64,000 bases of DNA, taken from NCBI GenBank assembly GCA_965207225.1, contig CBDBLV010000004.1:672001-736000 (forward strand), written 5' to 3'. Under the pieces are notes generated by a model. It saw only the letters and a list, made by a program, of their open reading frames with translations, was not told where the DNA came from and ran no database searches. This DNA is from Dehalococcoidia bacterium (GTDB lineage Bacteria; Chloroflexota; Dehalococcoidia; Plut-88900). Below, piece after piece: positions 51,299 to 61,701 of the stretch; the stretch's first letter is position 1, and each line of letters begins with the position of its first letter. Both the position numbers and the translations under genes were made by a program.

Positions 51299-51453
51299 TC
51301 TCAAGGACAACGACGACGAAATCACAGAGGAGCGGCCCAATCCGTGCCGACCGAACCCGCAACGGAGGCAGAGCGATGTGCATGTGACGGAGCTGACGGA
51401 CACCGACCGAGAGAGACGAGCGGAAGGCTCGAAGAACGAGAGGAGAAAAACAG

Positions 51454-51735
51454 ATGGAAAACCTGACACAGACCATATCGAACCTGGTGGGCATCCTGCT
51501 GGGAATCGTGGGCGTCGTGGGCGTGGGCTTCTTCATCTACGGGGCCTACCTGTACCTGACGGCATCGGGAGCGCCCCACCAGATGGAGCGCGGCAAGAGC
51601 GCCATGATGACCGCCCTGGCGGGCATCGTACTGGCGATGGTGGCCTACGGGGTCGTCGAGCTGGTGATGGACGCGGTCGTCGGCTCCCCGGTGGAGATAG
51701 ATGTGCCCGATCCCGACGCCGAAGCAGATGAATAG
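51454..51735 (+). CDS. VirB2/TrbC-like pilin
   Basis: 'IYGAYLYLTASGAPHQMERGKSAMMTALAGIVL'. Confidence 0.75.
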   Translation: MENLTQTISNLVGILLGIVGVVGVGFFIYGAYLYLTASGAPHQMERGKSAMMTALAGIVLAMVAYGVVELVMDAVVGSPVEIDVPDPDAEADE

Positions 51736-51766
51736 GAGCACGTGAGGAAGGAAAGGGGGGAAAAGA

Positions 51767-53470
51767 ATGAGAGAACACGAGGTACCGACCCACGTGCAGG
51801 CCGAGGACAGGGTGCTGCTGTGGTTCACCTTCCCGCAGATCGTTGCGGTGGTGGCGGTGTGCGCCCTGTCCTACGGCGCATACCGCTACGCACCCGTTGG
51901 GCCGTCCGAGGTGCGGATGGGATTCGCCGTCCTGTTCGGGCTGATGGGCATCGCAGTAGTGGTGGGAAAGATAGGAGGTCGGCGGCTGCCGCTGGTGGCC
52001 GCCGACCTCCTCAAGTACCGGCTGGGAGCCAGGGTCTACGCAGGTTCTGTGTCCCAACTGGTGCGGCCTGAGCCGCCAGTCACGGTACAGCCGGTGAAGA
52101 GCGGCCCCGGCCCCCTACGGCTGATGGCGAGGCGGGTGGGAAAGACCCTCAAGAGGCTGCGCCGCCGCAGGAAGCAGAAGCGCAACGGGGAGAGAAAGCC
52201 CTTCCGACCCCACTGCTGGTTCGGCAAGCGCCGTTCCCGCAAGGCGGGCCGCGACAGCCAGGGCCACGGACCGAAGGGTTGGATAGCGGTCATGGCGGTC
52301 GTCGCAGTGGCGGCCGCCGCGACCGTCCCCCAGTCGGTCCTTGCCGACGGACACGAGCCGTGGCGCGACGAGATCGACTTCGAGATCACGGAGCCGGTGG
52401 AGGGACGGCGGATATTCGTCGAATCCCTCGCCGTCTCCGGCGACCGGGCCGCGGTGACCCTGAGAGCCGCCACCGACCTGGCCATCCGGGTGAGAGCCTT
52501 TGGCGGTAGCCAGGGCACGTCCCTCCGCTTCTGGGGCTCGGCGACGCTGACGGAGAGGGAGAGCATCGACTACTCGCTGCCCCTCAACGGACCAATGCCC
52601 TCCTTCACCGTTTCCTGGGAGGACGCGCTGGGACAGGCGGGGGCGCTCACCGTCGAGAGCGAGCAGATTCCCTATCCCTTGCCCGTCGTTGAAGGCGAGC
52701 TATGCGACCTGCGCATGACCTCACTGGGCTGGACGGCGGGGTCCGTCACCGGCGTCGTCGAGTCCGACTGCGTTGACGCCGTCGAGCACCCGGTCGAGCT
52801 TCAGACGGTGGCCGGACACGAGAGCGTCACCGAGACGGCGCTCATGGACGCTGAGGTGACGGCAGTTACGGGAACGGTGGTTGCAGCCGCCGGAGCGTCC
52901 ACCGCAAGGGTGCCGTTCGTCCCGGACGCGGGGACGAGCTTCCGGCTCGCCGTGCCCACAGGCGAGGCCCTTCACGCGGTGAGCGTGGACGTGAGCCTTG
53001 AGGCGACCCTAAACATCCCCATCCCTCCGCTGACGACGCTCACCCACCACCCGGAGCGGACGGAGAAGCGCACCGAGACGGTGAGCCTGTACAGGCCGGG
53101 GACGACCCGGACCGTCAGCGAGACGGTCACCGTCACCAGCGACGACGGAACGACCACGGAGCACACCGTCTCCGCCACCCTGTCGGTGCCCGGCGAGACG
53201 GTGCAGAGGGACGTGACCCTCACCATCGTCCATCCCGAGCACGTCAAGGCTGAGACGACCGACCGGGAACCCCTCACCAAGACAAGGGAAGAGTCCCTAT
53301 CCCTGGCCTCCGAAATCGGGTCCGACGACGCCTTTGCGGTGCTGATTCTGCCGGAGCCCGAGCCCGAAGACCCGCCCGCCGAGCAGACGCCCGGCGGCGA
53401 CCTGACCGACTGGTTCCGCCGGTTGGGATGGGAGTGGCCCCCCAGTCAAGCTGAGGGCAGGCTCTGGTGA
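51767..53470 (+). CDS. PrgI/VirB3-like N-terminus fused to a large extracellular region
   Basis: 'HEVPTHVQAEDRVLLWFTFPQI', two TM helices; near virB4. Confidence 0.7.
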   Translation: MREHEVPTHVQAEDRVLLWFTFPQIVAVVAVCALSYGAYRYAPVGPSEVRMGFAVLFGLMGIAVVVGKIGGRRLPLVAADLLKYRLGARVYAGSVSQLVRPEPPVTVQPVKSGPGPLRLMARRVGKTLKRLRRRRKQKRNGERKPFRPHCWFGKRRSRKAGRDSQGHGPKGWIAVMAVVAVAAAATVPQSVLADGHEPWRDEIDFEITEPVEGRRIFVESLAVSGDRAAVTLRAATDLAIRVRAFGGSQGTSLRFWGSATLTERESIDYSLPLNGPMPSFTVSWEDALGQAGALTVESEQIPYPLPVVEGELCDLRMTSLGWTAGSVTGVVESDCVDAVEHPVELQTVAGHESVTETALMDAEVTAVTGTVVAAAGASTARVPFVPDAGTSFRLAVPTGEALHAVSVDVSLEATLNIPIPPLTTLTHHPERTEKRTETVSLYRPGTTRTVSETVTVTSDDGTTTEHTVSATLSVPGETVQRDVTLTIVHPEHVKAETTDREPLTKTREESLSLASEIGSDDAFAVLILPEPEPEDPPAEQTPGGDLTDWFRRLGWEWPPSQAEGRLW

Positions 53471-53784
53471 GACGGGCATGGACGGCAATCCTCCTTGCCG
53501 GGGCTGCGTTGGCGACCGTCGGCGCGGCCCCGGCCGAGGAGCGGGCGATGCTGGCCGCCTTCGACGCGGTGCTGACCGCGATGGCCTACGCCGCCGCCGG
53601 ACTCGCCGTCTTCGCCGTCGTCTGGGCGGGGTTCGTCCTGATGGCCGAGGGCGCGGAGGAGCGGGGCGGCGGCAGGGCCAAGACCGCAGTGGTGCTGGCC
53701 GTCATCGGCCTGGCGCTGGTTCTGTCCGCCAAGGGCGTCGCCGCGCTGCTGAGCCACGGCGTCATCCCCATTCCAGTCCCCTAG
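53467..53784 (+). CDS. Second pilin-like protein
   Basis: 'VVWAGFVLMAEG.....RAKTAVVLAVIGLALV'. Confidence 0.7.
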   Translation: MRRAWTAILLAGAALATVGAAPAEERAMLAAFDAVLTAMAYAAAGLAVFAVVWAGFVLMAEGAEERGGGRAKTAVVLAVIGLALVLSAKGVAALLSHGVIPIPVP

Positions 53785-53805
53785 TGAGAAAAGGAAGCGA
53801 ACGAA

Positions 53806-56100
53806 GTGAAAGAGTTTTTTCTGAACCTGATGAGAGGCGGAGAGCGGCATCCCTCAGAGGAGGGCGATGTTCAGACGCGCAATGCGAACACCGAAACGAA
53901 GACCCGTTCCACGTCGGAGCCGCCCGCGCCGAAACTCCCGCCCGACCTGCCCCTGTTCTTCATGCTGTCGCACCTGGGCGAGGACGGCCCGGTGCGGCTG
54001 GACGGGGTGCAGCTGGGCGTGTGCGAGGTGATGGGGCTGGAGATCGACGAGCCGAAGCTTGGGGCCTTCGCCGGGGCGCTCAACGCCCTCGACTTCCCGG
54101 TGCAGCTGCTCATGCGCCAGCACCCGCCGCGCCTTGGCGGTCTGCGGGAGAAGCTGCAAGAGGCCCAACCCGACGACCTGCCGCCGCAGACGAGAGCGGC
54201 ATCGGAGTCGCTCAGGCGCCTGCTCACCGACCTAGAGACCCGGGACGGCATCCTGGACCGGCGCTTCTACGCCGTCTGCGAGCACTCCCGTATCGACGAG
54301 CTGCGGGGCCTGCTGGCGAGGGCCGGACTCTCCGTCCACCCCCTCAGGGGCAGGCAGCTTCGAATGTTCCTTGTAGCCGCAGCCCTGGGTGGCTCGCCTG
54401 TTGACGTGGACGAGAACGAAGAGATCGAGGTGCAGGTCAACCGGCGCGACATGCGCATTGGCACGCATCTCATCCGCTCCCTTCACCTGGGCAAGTGGCC
54501 GAGATCGCTGGCCCCGGGGTTCCTGCAAGGACTCATGGCGGCGGGAGCGCCCATGGACCTGTCCATTCATCTGGGGCCGATCCCCGCCGAGCAGGCGGCC
54601 AGGACATTGGAGTGGCAGAAGGTCAGGTTCGAATCGGCGCAGAGTCTCTCGTTCAAGCGTGGCCGCACCATGTCGCCGGAGGCCGAGATCGCCCTGGAGG
54701 ACGTGACAAGGCTCAGGGACGAGGTGCAGAGGGGCAGGGAGCGCCTATTTCACTCCTCTTTATCCGTGACCCTCCACGCGAAGGACGAGGCGTCGCTGAA
54801 GGAGATGACCCAGAGGGCCAAGGCCCATTTTGCCGCCACTCTCGGCAAGCTGGACAACCTGGCGTTCAGGCAGCGGGAGGGGCTGCTATCGACCTTGCCC
54901 CTGGCCCTGAACGCCGTGGCCGAGTGGAGGACCCTGGACACGTCCAGCCTTGCGAGGCTCTTCCCCTTCTCGCCGCCGGACCTGGACACAAGAAGCGGCA
55001 CCCTCTACGGCATCGACATGCGGGCCTGCTCCCCCGTGGTCTACGACCCCTGGGACGGCACCCATCTCAACGCCAACACGGCAGTCCTCGCACGGTCGGG
55101 CAGCGGCAAGTCTTTCGCAACCAAGCTGGGCGTGCTCAGGGGATTGACGCGCGGCGTCACCGCCTACGTCATCGACCCGGAGGGGGAGTACGCGGACATG
55201 GCTCGCGCCGCCGGAGGCCGTGTGCTGTCCCCCGGAGTTGAGGGCCAGGGCATGAACCCCTTCGTCATCGACCGGGGCGACTCCGAGGAGCTGCTCCAGA
55301 GGATCGGGAGCCTGCGCCGTCTGATTGAAGTCATGGTGGGCGAGAGCCTCGGCGCGGAGCGCAGGGCCTCCCTCGACCACGCCCTGGCGGGCTACTACGC
55401 GGAACACCGCGAACGCACCGGCTTCAGGGACTTTTACAAGTATCTCGAAGGGCAGGCCCCGGACATAGCCCACCTGCTGAGGCCCTTCGCCACCGGCAGC
55501 CTCCGCAACCTGCTCTCCGACGAGGGGGACGACCTGCTCGGCAACGAGGCGTTGGTCACCGTCTTCGATCTTCGCCTCCTCGAACCAGAGCTGAGGCCCG
55601 CAGCGGCGATGGTCTGCACCGAGACGGTGTGGGCGGCGGCCGCCCAGAACCCCAAGCCGAGGCTGCTGGTGGTGGACGAGGTATGGAGCATCATGCAGCA
55701 CCCCGAGGGCGCGGCCTTCATGGTGTCTATGGCGAAACGCGCCAGGAAACACCGGCTGGGGCTTCAGTTCATCACCCAGGACGTCCAGGACCTTTTGTCC
55801 GAGGACTCGTCGAGGACCATCACCGGCCATTCGGGGAGGGCGCTTCTCCAGAACGCCGCCTTCAAGCTGCTCTTGCAGCAGGACGCGGCGGCCATAGGCA
55901 CCGTGGGCGACGCGTTCGACCTGCCCGAAGACCTCCAGCGCTGGCTGCTGTCGTGTCCCCGTGGGGACGGACTGTTGCTGGCGAAGGGACACCGCTTCCC
56001 CGTCCGCATCGAGGCCACCCCGGAGGAAACGGAGGTCATCGAGTGGAGGCCGGGCGGACACCGACAGAGAGGCGAGAACGCAGAAGAGACCCATACGTAG
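53806..56100 (+). CDS. virB4: VirB4-like T4SS ATPase
   Basis: ARSGSGKS, VIDPEGEY, LLVVDE, KRARK, ITQD. Confidence 0.9.
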   Translation: MKEFFLNLMRGGERHPSEEGDVQTRNANTETKTRSTSEPPAPKLPPDLPLFFMLSHLGEDGPVRLDGVQLGVCEVMGLEIDEPKLGAFAGALNALDFPVQLLMRQHPPRLGGLREKLQEAQPDDLPPQTRAASESLRRLLTDLETRDGILDRRFYAVCEHSRIDELRGLLARAGLSVHPLRGRQLRMFLVAAALGGSPVDVDENEEIEVQVNRRDMRIGTHLIRSLHLGKWPRSLAPGFLQGLMAAGAPMDLSIHLGPIPAEQAARTLEWQKVRFESAQSLSFKRGRTMSPEAEIALEDVTRLRDEVQRGRERLFHSSLSVTLHAKDEASLKEMTQRAKAHFAATLGKLDNLAFRQREGLLSTLPLALNAVAEWRTLDTSSLARLFPFSPPDLDTRSGTLYGIDMRACSPVVYDPWDGTHLNANTAVLARSGSGKSFATKLGVLRGLTRGVTAYVIDPEGEYADMARAAGGRVLSPGVEGQGMNPFVIDRGDSEELLQRIGSLRRLIEVMVGESLGAERRASLDHALAGYYAEHRERTGFRDFYKYLEGQAPDIAHLLRPFATGSLRNLLSDEGDDLLGNEALVTVFDLRLLEPELRPAAAMVCTETVWAAAAQNPKPRLLVVDEVWSIMQHPEGAAFMVSMAKRARKHRLGLQFITQDVQDLLSEDSSRTITGHSGRALLQNAAFKLLLQQDAAAIGTVGDAFDLPEDLQRWLLSCPRGDGLLLAKGHRFPVRIEATPEETEVIEWRPGGHRQRGENAEETHT

Positions 56101-56115
56101 GGAGGAGTAACAGAA

Positions 56116-58647
56116 ATGAAACAGAACCCGATACGCAAACTATTTGGAAGCGACGACAAGACCCCGGCGCTGCTTGCGGTGACGCCGCCGAGGACGGGCG
56201 AGCGGACGTTGCTGGGCGTGGAGAACCTCCTCCAGTCCATCGCGGTGCCTGAGCCCTTCTCCCTGGAGCTTGCCGGGGACATGGACGGCGTGACGCTGAT
56301 GGCCCGGTGCATCGACGACCGGGTGGTACGCGGCCAGATCTCCGCCCACTACCCCCAGGCCAGGATAGAGAAGGTGGACCCAAACAACGATCCCTTGCGC
56401 CTGGGAGACGGCGAGCAGGCGTGGTCGATGACGCTCAGGGCCGACGGCCCCGAGTATGTCCCCCTGCGCACCTTCCGCGACGACGACCTCCTCGACCCCG
56501 GCTCCGACCCCCTCATCGCCCTCATGGGCGCTCTGTCGTCCCTCTACGAGGGGGAGCGGATTGTGGCTCAACTCAAGCTGAACTCCCTCGGTCCCGACTG
56601 GTCGCAGCACCATCTGGAAAAGGCCCACAAACGGCCCGGCCAGGAGCAGCGGGAGCCCTCCTACACCTACCAGACCAAGCCCCTCCAGATGGACGGGGTG
56701 ACCATGGCCGTGCTCGGCGTCGGCGCTCTCGCCGCCCTCCAGGGCTACCTGTGGGTGCAGGACGGGGAGACGTGGAAAGCCGTGCTGCTGGGCATGGGCG
56801 TTGCCCTGGGCCTTACCGCTGGCGGCTGGGCATGGCACCGCTTCAAGAAAGCCCGCAATCGGGTCGATGACCCGTTGCTCATCAGGGAGAAGGTCTCCCG
56901 CATCGCCTTCGACGCAGAGATACAGGTGACGGCGATCATGCCGGACGACACGGGGCGCGAGCGGGCCGAGGAGCTCCTCAGAAGGGTTGCCGCCGCCTAC
57001 CGGCACTTCGACAACCCGGCAGGGGCGAGGTTCAAGGTGAGCAAGGTAAGGCCCGTCGCTCCCGCCCCGGAGAACCTGCATCCCACAGGCCCCGGCCTGT
57101 TCGGCAGGCGCAGCGTCCTGGGGGTGCGGGAGGCCGCCTGCCTCTGGCACCCGCCGGGAGCGGGGAACGAGACGCCGTTGGTGGAGCGGTCCGGCGCACG
57201 GGCGCTCAGCCCGTCGGCGAAGGGAGTCAGGGGCGGCGCGCTGGTGGGCGACACCACGGCGGGTACCAAGAGGGAGATCAGATTCCCCGACGACCTGCTG
57301 CGCCGTCACCACCTCTACGTGGCCCGCACCCGCATGGGCAAGTCCACGCTGATGCACCACGTGGTCGTTCACAAGATGCGGGAGAAGGCGGCGGGCAGGG
57401 ACGAAGACGCCATCGTCGTCATAGACCCCCACACCGACCTGGTGGCGGGCATCCTCGAACACGTCCCGGAGGAGATAGCCGACAGGGTGAGGCTGATAGA
57501 CCTGTCGGACGCGAGCCGTTCCCCCGGCGTCAATCTGCTGGACACCCGCATATTCGCAGACCGGGACCGCACCGCCGACTCGGTGGTGCGGGTGGCCAAG
57601 GGCCTCTGGGACCAGTGGGGGCCGAGGATGCAATCGATCCTGGAACAGACCGTCAAGACGCTGCACGAGGCCAACGAGCAGATGGAGGCCGAGCAGCAGT
57701 ACACCATCCTCGACGGCCTGAAGCTGCTCTCGGACGATGAGTTCGCCAAGCAGGTGCGCAAGAGGGTCTCCGACCCCTACCTGCTGGAGTGGTGGGCCAG
57801 GGACTTCGGCAAGTGGGGCCGCCAGTACAAGGCGGAGGCCCTGGCCCCCGTCCAGACCCGTCTCTCCTACTACGCATCGTCCAAGCGGGCCAGGGCCATC
57901 CTGGGACAGCGCCGCTCCACCATCGACCTGAGAAGGACCATCCACGACGGCGGCGTGCTGCTGGTCTCCACCTCCCAGGGGGTCGTGGGCAGGGACGTGG
58001 CCGCCCTGGTGGGCGCGTCGCTCCTGAACCTGGTGGACGCCGTGATACGGGAGCAGGGAAGTCTATCTCTCAGGGAACGTCGCGGCGCGCTGGTCGTCGT
58101 GGACGAGATGCAGTCCATGCCCGGCGTGGACTACGAGTCGATGCTCAGCGAGCTTGGGAAGTTCGGGGCGTCCTTCATCCTCGCCACCCAGAGCCTGGCA
58201 AAGCTGGACGACCTCTCCCGCACCATGCGGGACACCATCCTCGCCAACGTGGGGTGCCTCGCCGTCTTCCAGGTGGCCGGCTCAGACGCCAGGACCCTGG
58301 TGTGGGAGCTTGGCAAGGACCGGGTGTCCGAGGACGACATCGTGTCCCTGCCCGTGCACCACTGCTACGTCCGCGCCACCGTGGGCACCGAGCGGATGCC
58401 CGCCTTCTCGATGGAGGTCAGGAAGCCTGAGGAAGGAGACCCATCGGTCGCCGACCGCATACGTGCAGCTACGCAAGGCTACACCGTCTCGGCCCGCCAG
58501 GGAGACTACGCCGACGCCGAGGGCCACGGGAAGGTGGACGAATTTCACAAAGGCGTCGAGGCATTGGAGCAGGCCGAACGGGAGGAGAACGACGAGCAGG
58601 CGACCGAGAACCACACCGACGAAGAGGACGAGGAGGTCGGAGAATGA
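56116..58647 (+). CDS. virD4: VirD4/TraD-like coupling protein
   Basis: ARTRMGKS, VIDPH, VVDEMQ, 'ATQSLAKL','ILANVG'. Confidence 0.85.
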   Translation: MKQNPIRKLFGSDDKTPALLAVTPPRTGERTLLGVENLLQSIAVPEPFSLELAGDMDGVTLMARCIDDRVVRGQISAHYPQARIEKVDPNNDPLRLGDGEQAWSMTLRADGPEYVPLRTFRDDDLLDPGSDPLIALMGALSSLYEGERIVAQLKLNSLGPDWSQHHLEKAHKRPGQEQREPSYTYQTKPLQMDGVTMAVLGVGALAALQGYLWVQDGETWKAVLLGMGVALGLTAGGWAWHRFKKARNRVDDPLLIREKVSRIAFDAEIQVTAIMPDDTGRERAEELLRRVAAAYRHFDNPAGARFKVSKVRPVAPAPENLHPTGPGLFGRRSVLGVREAACLWHPPGAGNETPLVERSGARALSPSAKGVRGGALVGDTTAGTKREIRFPDDLLRRHHLYVARTRMGKSTLMHHVVVHKMREKAAGRDEDAIVVIDPHTDLVAGILEHVPEEIADRVRLIDLSDASRSPGVNLLDTRIFADRDRTADSVVRVAKGLWDQWGPRMQSILEQTVKTLHEANEQMEAEQQYTILDGLKLLSDDEFAKQVRKRVSDPYLLEWWARDFGKWGRQYKAEALAPVQTRLSYYASSKRARAILGQRRSTIDLRRTIHDGGVLLVSTSQGVVGRDVAALVGASLLNLVDAVIREQGSLSLRERRGALVVVDEMQSMPGVDYESMLSELGKFGASFILATQSLAKLDDLSRTMRDTILANVGCLAVFQVAGSDARTLVWELGKDRVSEDDIVSLPVHHCYVRATVGTERMPAFSMEVRKPEEGDPSVADRIRAATQGYTVSARQGDYADAEGHGKVDEFHKGVEALEQAEREENDEQATENHTDEEDEEVGE

Positions 58648-60305
58648 GACCCGCGGGACTGGAAGCCCACCTCCTCCGCACCCTGGCCGACATGCCCTAC
58701 CTCAATCGCCGGGAGATGGTCCCGGTCACGGGCCGGTCCAAGGGCGCGGTCCACGAGGCCGTGGAGAGACTTCAGGCAGACGGCCTCTGCGGCTCCGTGC
58801 TCCACGCCGTCGATCCCTTTCCACCCTCCCGCAGGTTCCACCTCACCGGGGCGGGGCTGCGCATGCTTGCAGATGAGGACGGGATGTCGCTTGACGACCT
58901 GGTGCGTACCCACCCCGTCTCCGCCGAGTGGCGGCGAAGCCTGATGGAGCGCATGGACGCCCTGGATTCCATCTACCGCGTCGCATCTCTCGCTTCCGAC
59001 GTTGCCTACCCCCTGCGCTTCCGCTGGTACCGCTCATCCAAGCTGGACGCGGGTATAGAACTTCCCGACGGCAGGACCGTCGGAATCGTCAGGCAGGGAC
59101 TCACCGCCGACCGCTCGGTCTTCGCCCAGCGCCTCTGGCGACTGAAGGACGAACCCATGCCCGGAGTCGTCCTCGTCCTCACGATGGACGCCGTCCGTCT
59201 CAGGCACGCCCGCAGGATGCTCTCGACGACCGGCGTACCGGCGTTGCTCGCCATCGAAGGCGAGGCGGTCCTGGCCGGAGCCGACGACCACATCTGGACC
59301 CCGGCCCAGGTCCACGCAGCCGTGGGCCTGCGCTATTCGTTGGACAGGACCGACCCCGGCGGCGCGTTTCCGGGGGAGCCGCAGCCCGGACTGGCGTCGG
59401 TCCCCGCAGACCTGCCCGTCATGGGAACGGTAGCCGACATGGCCGACCACATGCTGCCCGTGACGCTCAGACCCGCCGAGAAGCGCGCCCTCGACCTGGT
59501 ATTCGACTGGCCCTGGATCGCCCTGGGGGACCTCGCCGGTCTGTTGGAAGTATCGCCCCAGCGGGCTTCCCAGCTGGTCAATCCCTTGGAGGGCTTCAGC
59601 CTCGTCGTCAGGCCCCGCGAAGCGGAGGGACGGCTGGCCCTCACCGACCGGGGACTGGCCCTCCTCGCCCGCAGGGACAGGACATCGGTGGCGGCGGCGA
59701 GGAGGAGATTGAGCGTCGCCCCGGAGGACGCCAAAGGGCCTTTCGAGTGGCGCAACCTCACCGGCAGCAGGAGCCGCCAGCTTCTCAGGAACATCGAGCA
59801 CACCGAGGCCGTCCACGTCTTTCTGTCCGCGCTTGCGGCCCAGGCCCGGCACCTGGGCTGGGAGATAGCGCAGCTCGACCCGCCCAGGAGGGCGTCCCGC
59901 CACTTCCGCCACGACGAACGGTTGCGCGCCGTCTACCCCGACGCCTTCGGCGTCCTGCGCAGGGCCGAAGAGACGTGGGCCTTCTTCCTGGAGTGGGAGC
60001 GAAGGGCCGTTCGGCCCTCGACGATGGCGACGCGGCTCGCGCCCTATCTGCGCTACTACTCGTCCCAAAGGCCCATGGACGACCACGGGGCCAGACCCGC
60101 CGTTCTCATCGTCTTCGACGACGACATCGCCGCCACCCACTTCCTGCGCGTGGCGAGGGAGCGGATGCAGGCCAGCCGGGTCAGGGTCCCCCTGTGGGTC
60201 TCCCACAAAGAAGCCATCGACGCCCTGGGGCCGCTGGGACGCGCCTGGCGCACCCCGGACACCGCATGGGAGCCGCCCCAGTCCCTGCCGACGGAAGTGC
60301 AATAG
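58644..60305 (+). CDS. Replication-relaxation (Replic_Relax/MOBC-like) protein
   Basis: wHTH segments, 'YPDAFGVL...FFLEWER'; coupled to virD4. Confidence 0.75.
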   Translation: MRPAGLEAHLLRTLADMPYLNRREMVPVTGRSKGAVHEAVERLQADGLCGSVLHAVDPFPPSRRFHLTGAGLRMLADEDGMSLDDLVRTHPVSAEWRRSLMERMDALDSIYRVASLASDVAYPLRFRWYRSSKLDAGIELPDGRTVGIVRQGLTADRSVFAQRLWRLKDEPMPGVVLVLTMDAVRLRHARRMLSTTGVPALLAIEGEAVLAGADDHIWTPAQVHAAVGLRYSLDRTDPGGAFPGEPQPGLASVPADLPVMGTVADMADHMLPVTLRPAEKRALDLVFDWPWIALGDLAGLLEVSPQRASQLVNPLEGFSLVVRPREAEGRLALTDRGLALLARRDRTSVAAARRRLSVAPEDAKGPFEWRNLTGSRSRQLLRNIEHTEAVHVFLSALAAQARHLGWEIAQLDPPRRASRHFRHDERLRAVYPDAFGVLRRAEETWAFFLEWERRAVRPSTMATRLAPYLRYYSSQRPMDDHGARPAVLIVFDDDIAATHFLRVARERMQASRVRVPLWVSHKEAIDALGPLGRAWRTPDTAWEPPQSLPTEVQ

Positions 60306-60627
60306 ACGACGCAGGGAGCGGCGCGAAAACTCCCGCTCAATACCCGATAGGAGATGGAAAGCCGATGCGTTCACCGGATAACGATATAGCAAGAGGCCCC
60401 CGGAGGAGCGGAGGACGGAGCGCCGTCCGGCTCGACGCGGCGGCTCTGGGAGACGGCTCACTTCGGTGATCACCTCCCGGAACCGGCCCGCCGGGGTCGA
60501 TACAGACAGACCCGGTCCCATGTCGAAGTCGGCGCGTGGGGAGCGACCGCCCTCCGGTCGCATCCGCCGCCGGATGCACATGGCCTTGGGAACAACAACC
60601 CAAAGCTTTACGACATGGAGGATAGAC

Positions 60628-60918
60628 ATGACCAACATCGATCACATCGACGGATGGAGCGAGATGGAGCCCCTTCAGGGCGCCGACATGCCCGAGGACT
60701 TCCCCCAGCGGCTCGTGCGCCTCAAGGAGGCCAGCGGCCTCTCCTGGCGCGGCCTGTGCAGGGTCACCGGCATCGACTACAAGCTGCTGCGAAGGTGGCT
60801 CAAGGGCTGGGCGCCCAGCGGAGGCTCCATGCTCACCCTGGTCATCTTCGCCAACCGCATCGGATGCCTTCCGATCCTCCTGGGGGAGGAGCTACGGATG
60901 ACCCACTTCAGGAGCTAG
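60628..60918 (+). CDS. XRE HTH regulator
   Basis: 'RLKEASGLSWRGLCRVTGIDYKLLRRWLKG..P'; GGAGG RBS. Confidence 0.8.
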   Translation: MTNIDHIDGWSEMEPLQGADMPEDFPQRLVRLKEASGLSWRGLCRVTGIDYKLLRRWLKGWAPSGGSMLTLVIFANRIGCLPILLGEELRMTHFRS

Positions 60919-61084
60919 CCGGCACCCCCCGCCGGCGCCCTAACCGGCGCATCGGCGGCGCGGCGGGGTAGGACACCACAACGCCGCCGGGCGCTCGCAC
61001 CCATCCGTCCGTGCCCGGCGGCCACCCAATACACCTGTAACGAGAGGCCAGCGGCCCAACGAACCGCCGCTGAGATTAGGCAAC

Positions 61085-61303
61085 ATGAAAGACACCAATA
61101 GAGAAGATACGAGGAACCGGCAAAAGAAGAGGCTGGGGAGGGATGCTCCCGAGTCATCCTCCGACAGGCCGATGGAGTCCTATACTCCTCAGCAGCGAAG
61201 GACGATACGCAAGGGGCTGCGCATCCTGGCCAAGGTCGCCGTCCGCGCCCACATGCGCAGGAACGCGGCTCACTCAGAGGATGACGGCGAGGGCAGGCGG
61301 TGA
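61085..61303 (+). CDS. Small conserved ICE protein (candidate directionality factor)
   Basis: Paralog of 22196-22435; upstream of LSR. Confidence 0.7.
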   Translation: MKDTNREDTRNRQKKRLGRDAPESSSDRPMESYTPQQRRTIRKGLRILAKVAVRAHMRRNAAHSEDDGEGRR

Positions 61304-61364
61304 ACGTCCCGCCCAACCTTGTCCCCGGCAGACTCGTTGGAGATGGCCGCGTGAAGCTAGCATC

Positions 61365-61393
61365 TTGGCATAGCACGAAAGCCGTGCTATTAT
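61365..61393 (+). promoter_or_regulatory. higBA promoter/operator; leaderless transcript
   Basis: TTGGCA-17 bp-TATTAT; perfect inverted repeat ATAGCACG/CGTGCTAT; ATG at 61400. Confidence 0.75.
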
Positions 61394-61399
61394 GTACTT

Positions 61400-61693
61400 A
61401 TGATTGTCTCATTCAGAGACGGCGGTACAGAGGACATCTTCAACGGGCAATCCACTCAAGCGGCCCTGCGGGCATGTCCCATGCCGATATGGGGAGTGGC
61501 TCATCGAAAGCTTGACCAGATCGATTCCGCCTCCGTTCTGGGAGACCTCAGAATACCTCCCGGCAACCGCCTGGAACGGCTGGCCGGAGATCGAAGCGGG
61601 CAACACGGTATTCGCGTCAACGACAGGTATCGAATCTGCTTCACGTGGACACCTGCCGGACCCGCCGACGTCGAAATCACCGACTATCACTGA
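61400..61693 (+). CDS. higB: HigB toxin
   Basis: 'MIVSFRD','DLRIPPGNRLE.L.GDR.GQH.IRVND.YRICF.W','DVEITDYH'. Confidence 0.95.
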   Translation: MIVSFRDGGTEDIFNGQSTQAALRACPMPIWGVAHRKLDQIDSASVLGDLRIPPGNRLERLAGDRSGQHGIRVNDRYRICFTWTPAGPADVEITDYH

Positions 61694-61701
61694 AGAGGAG
61701 A

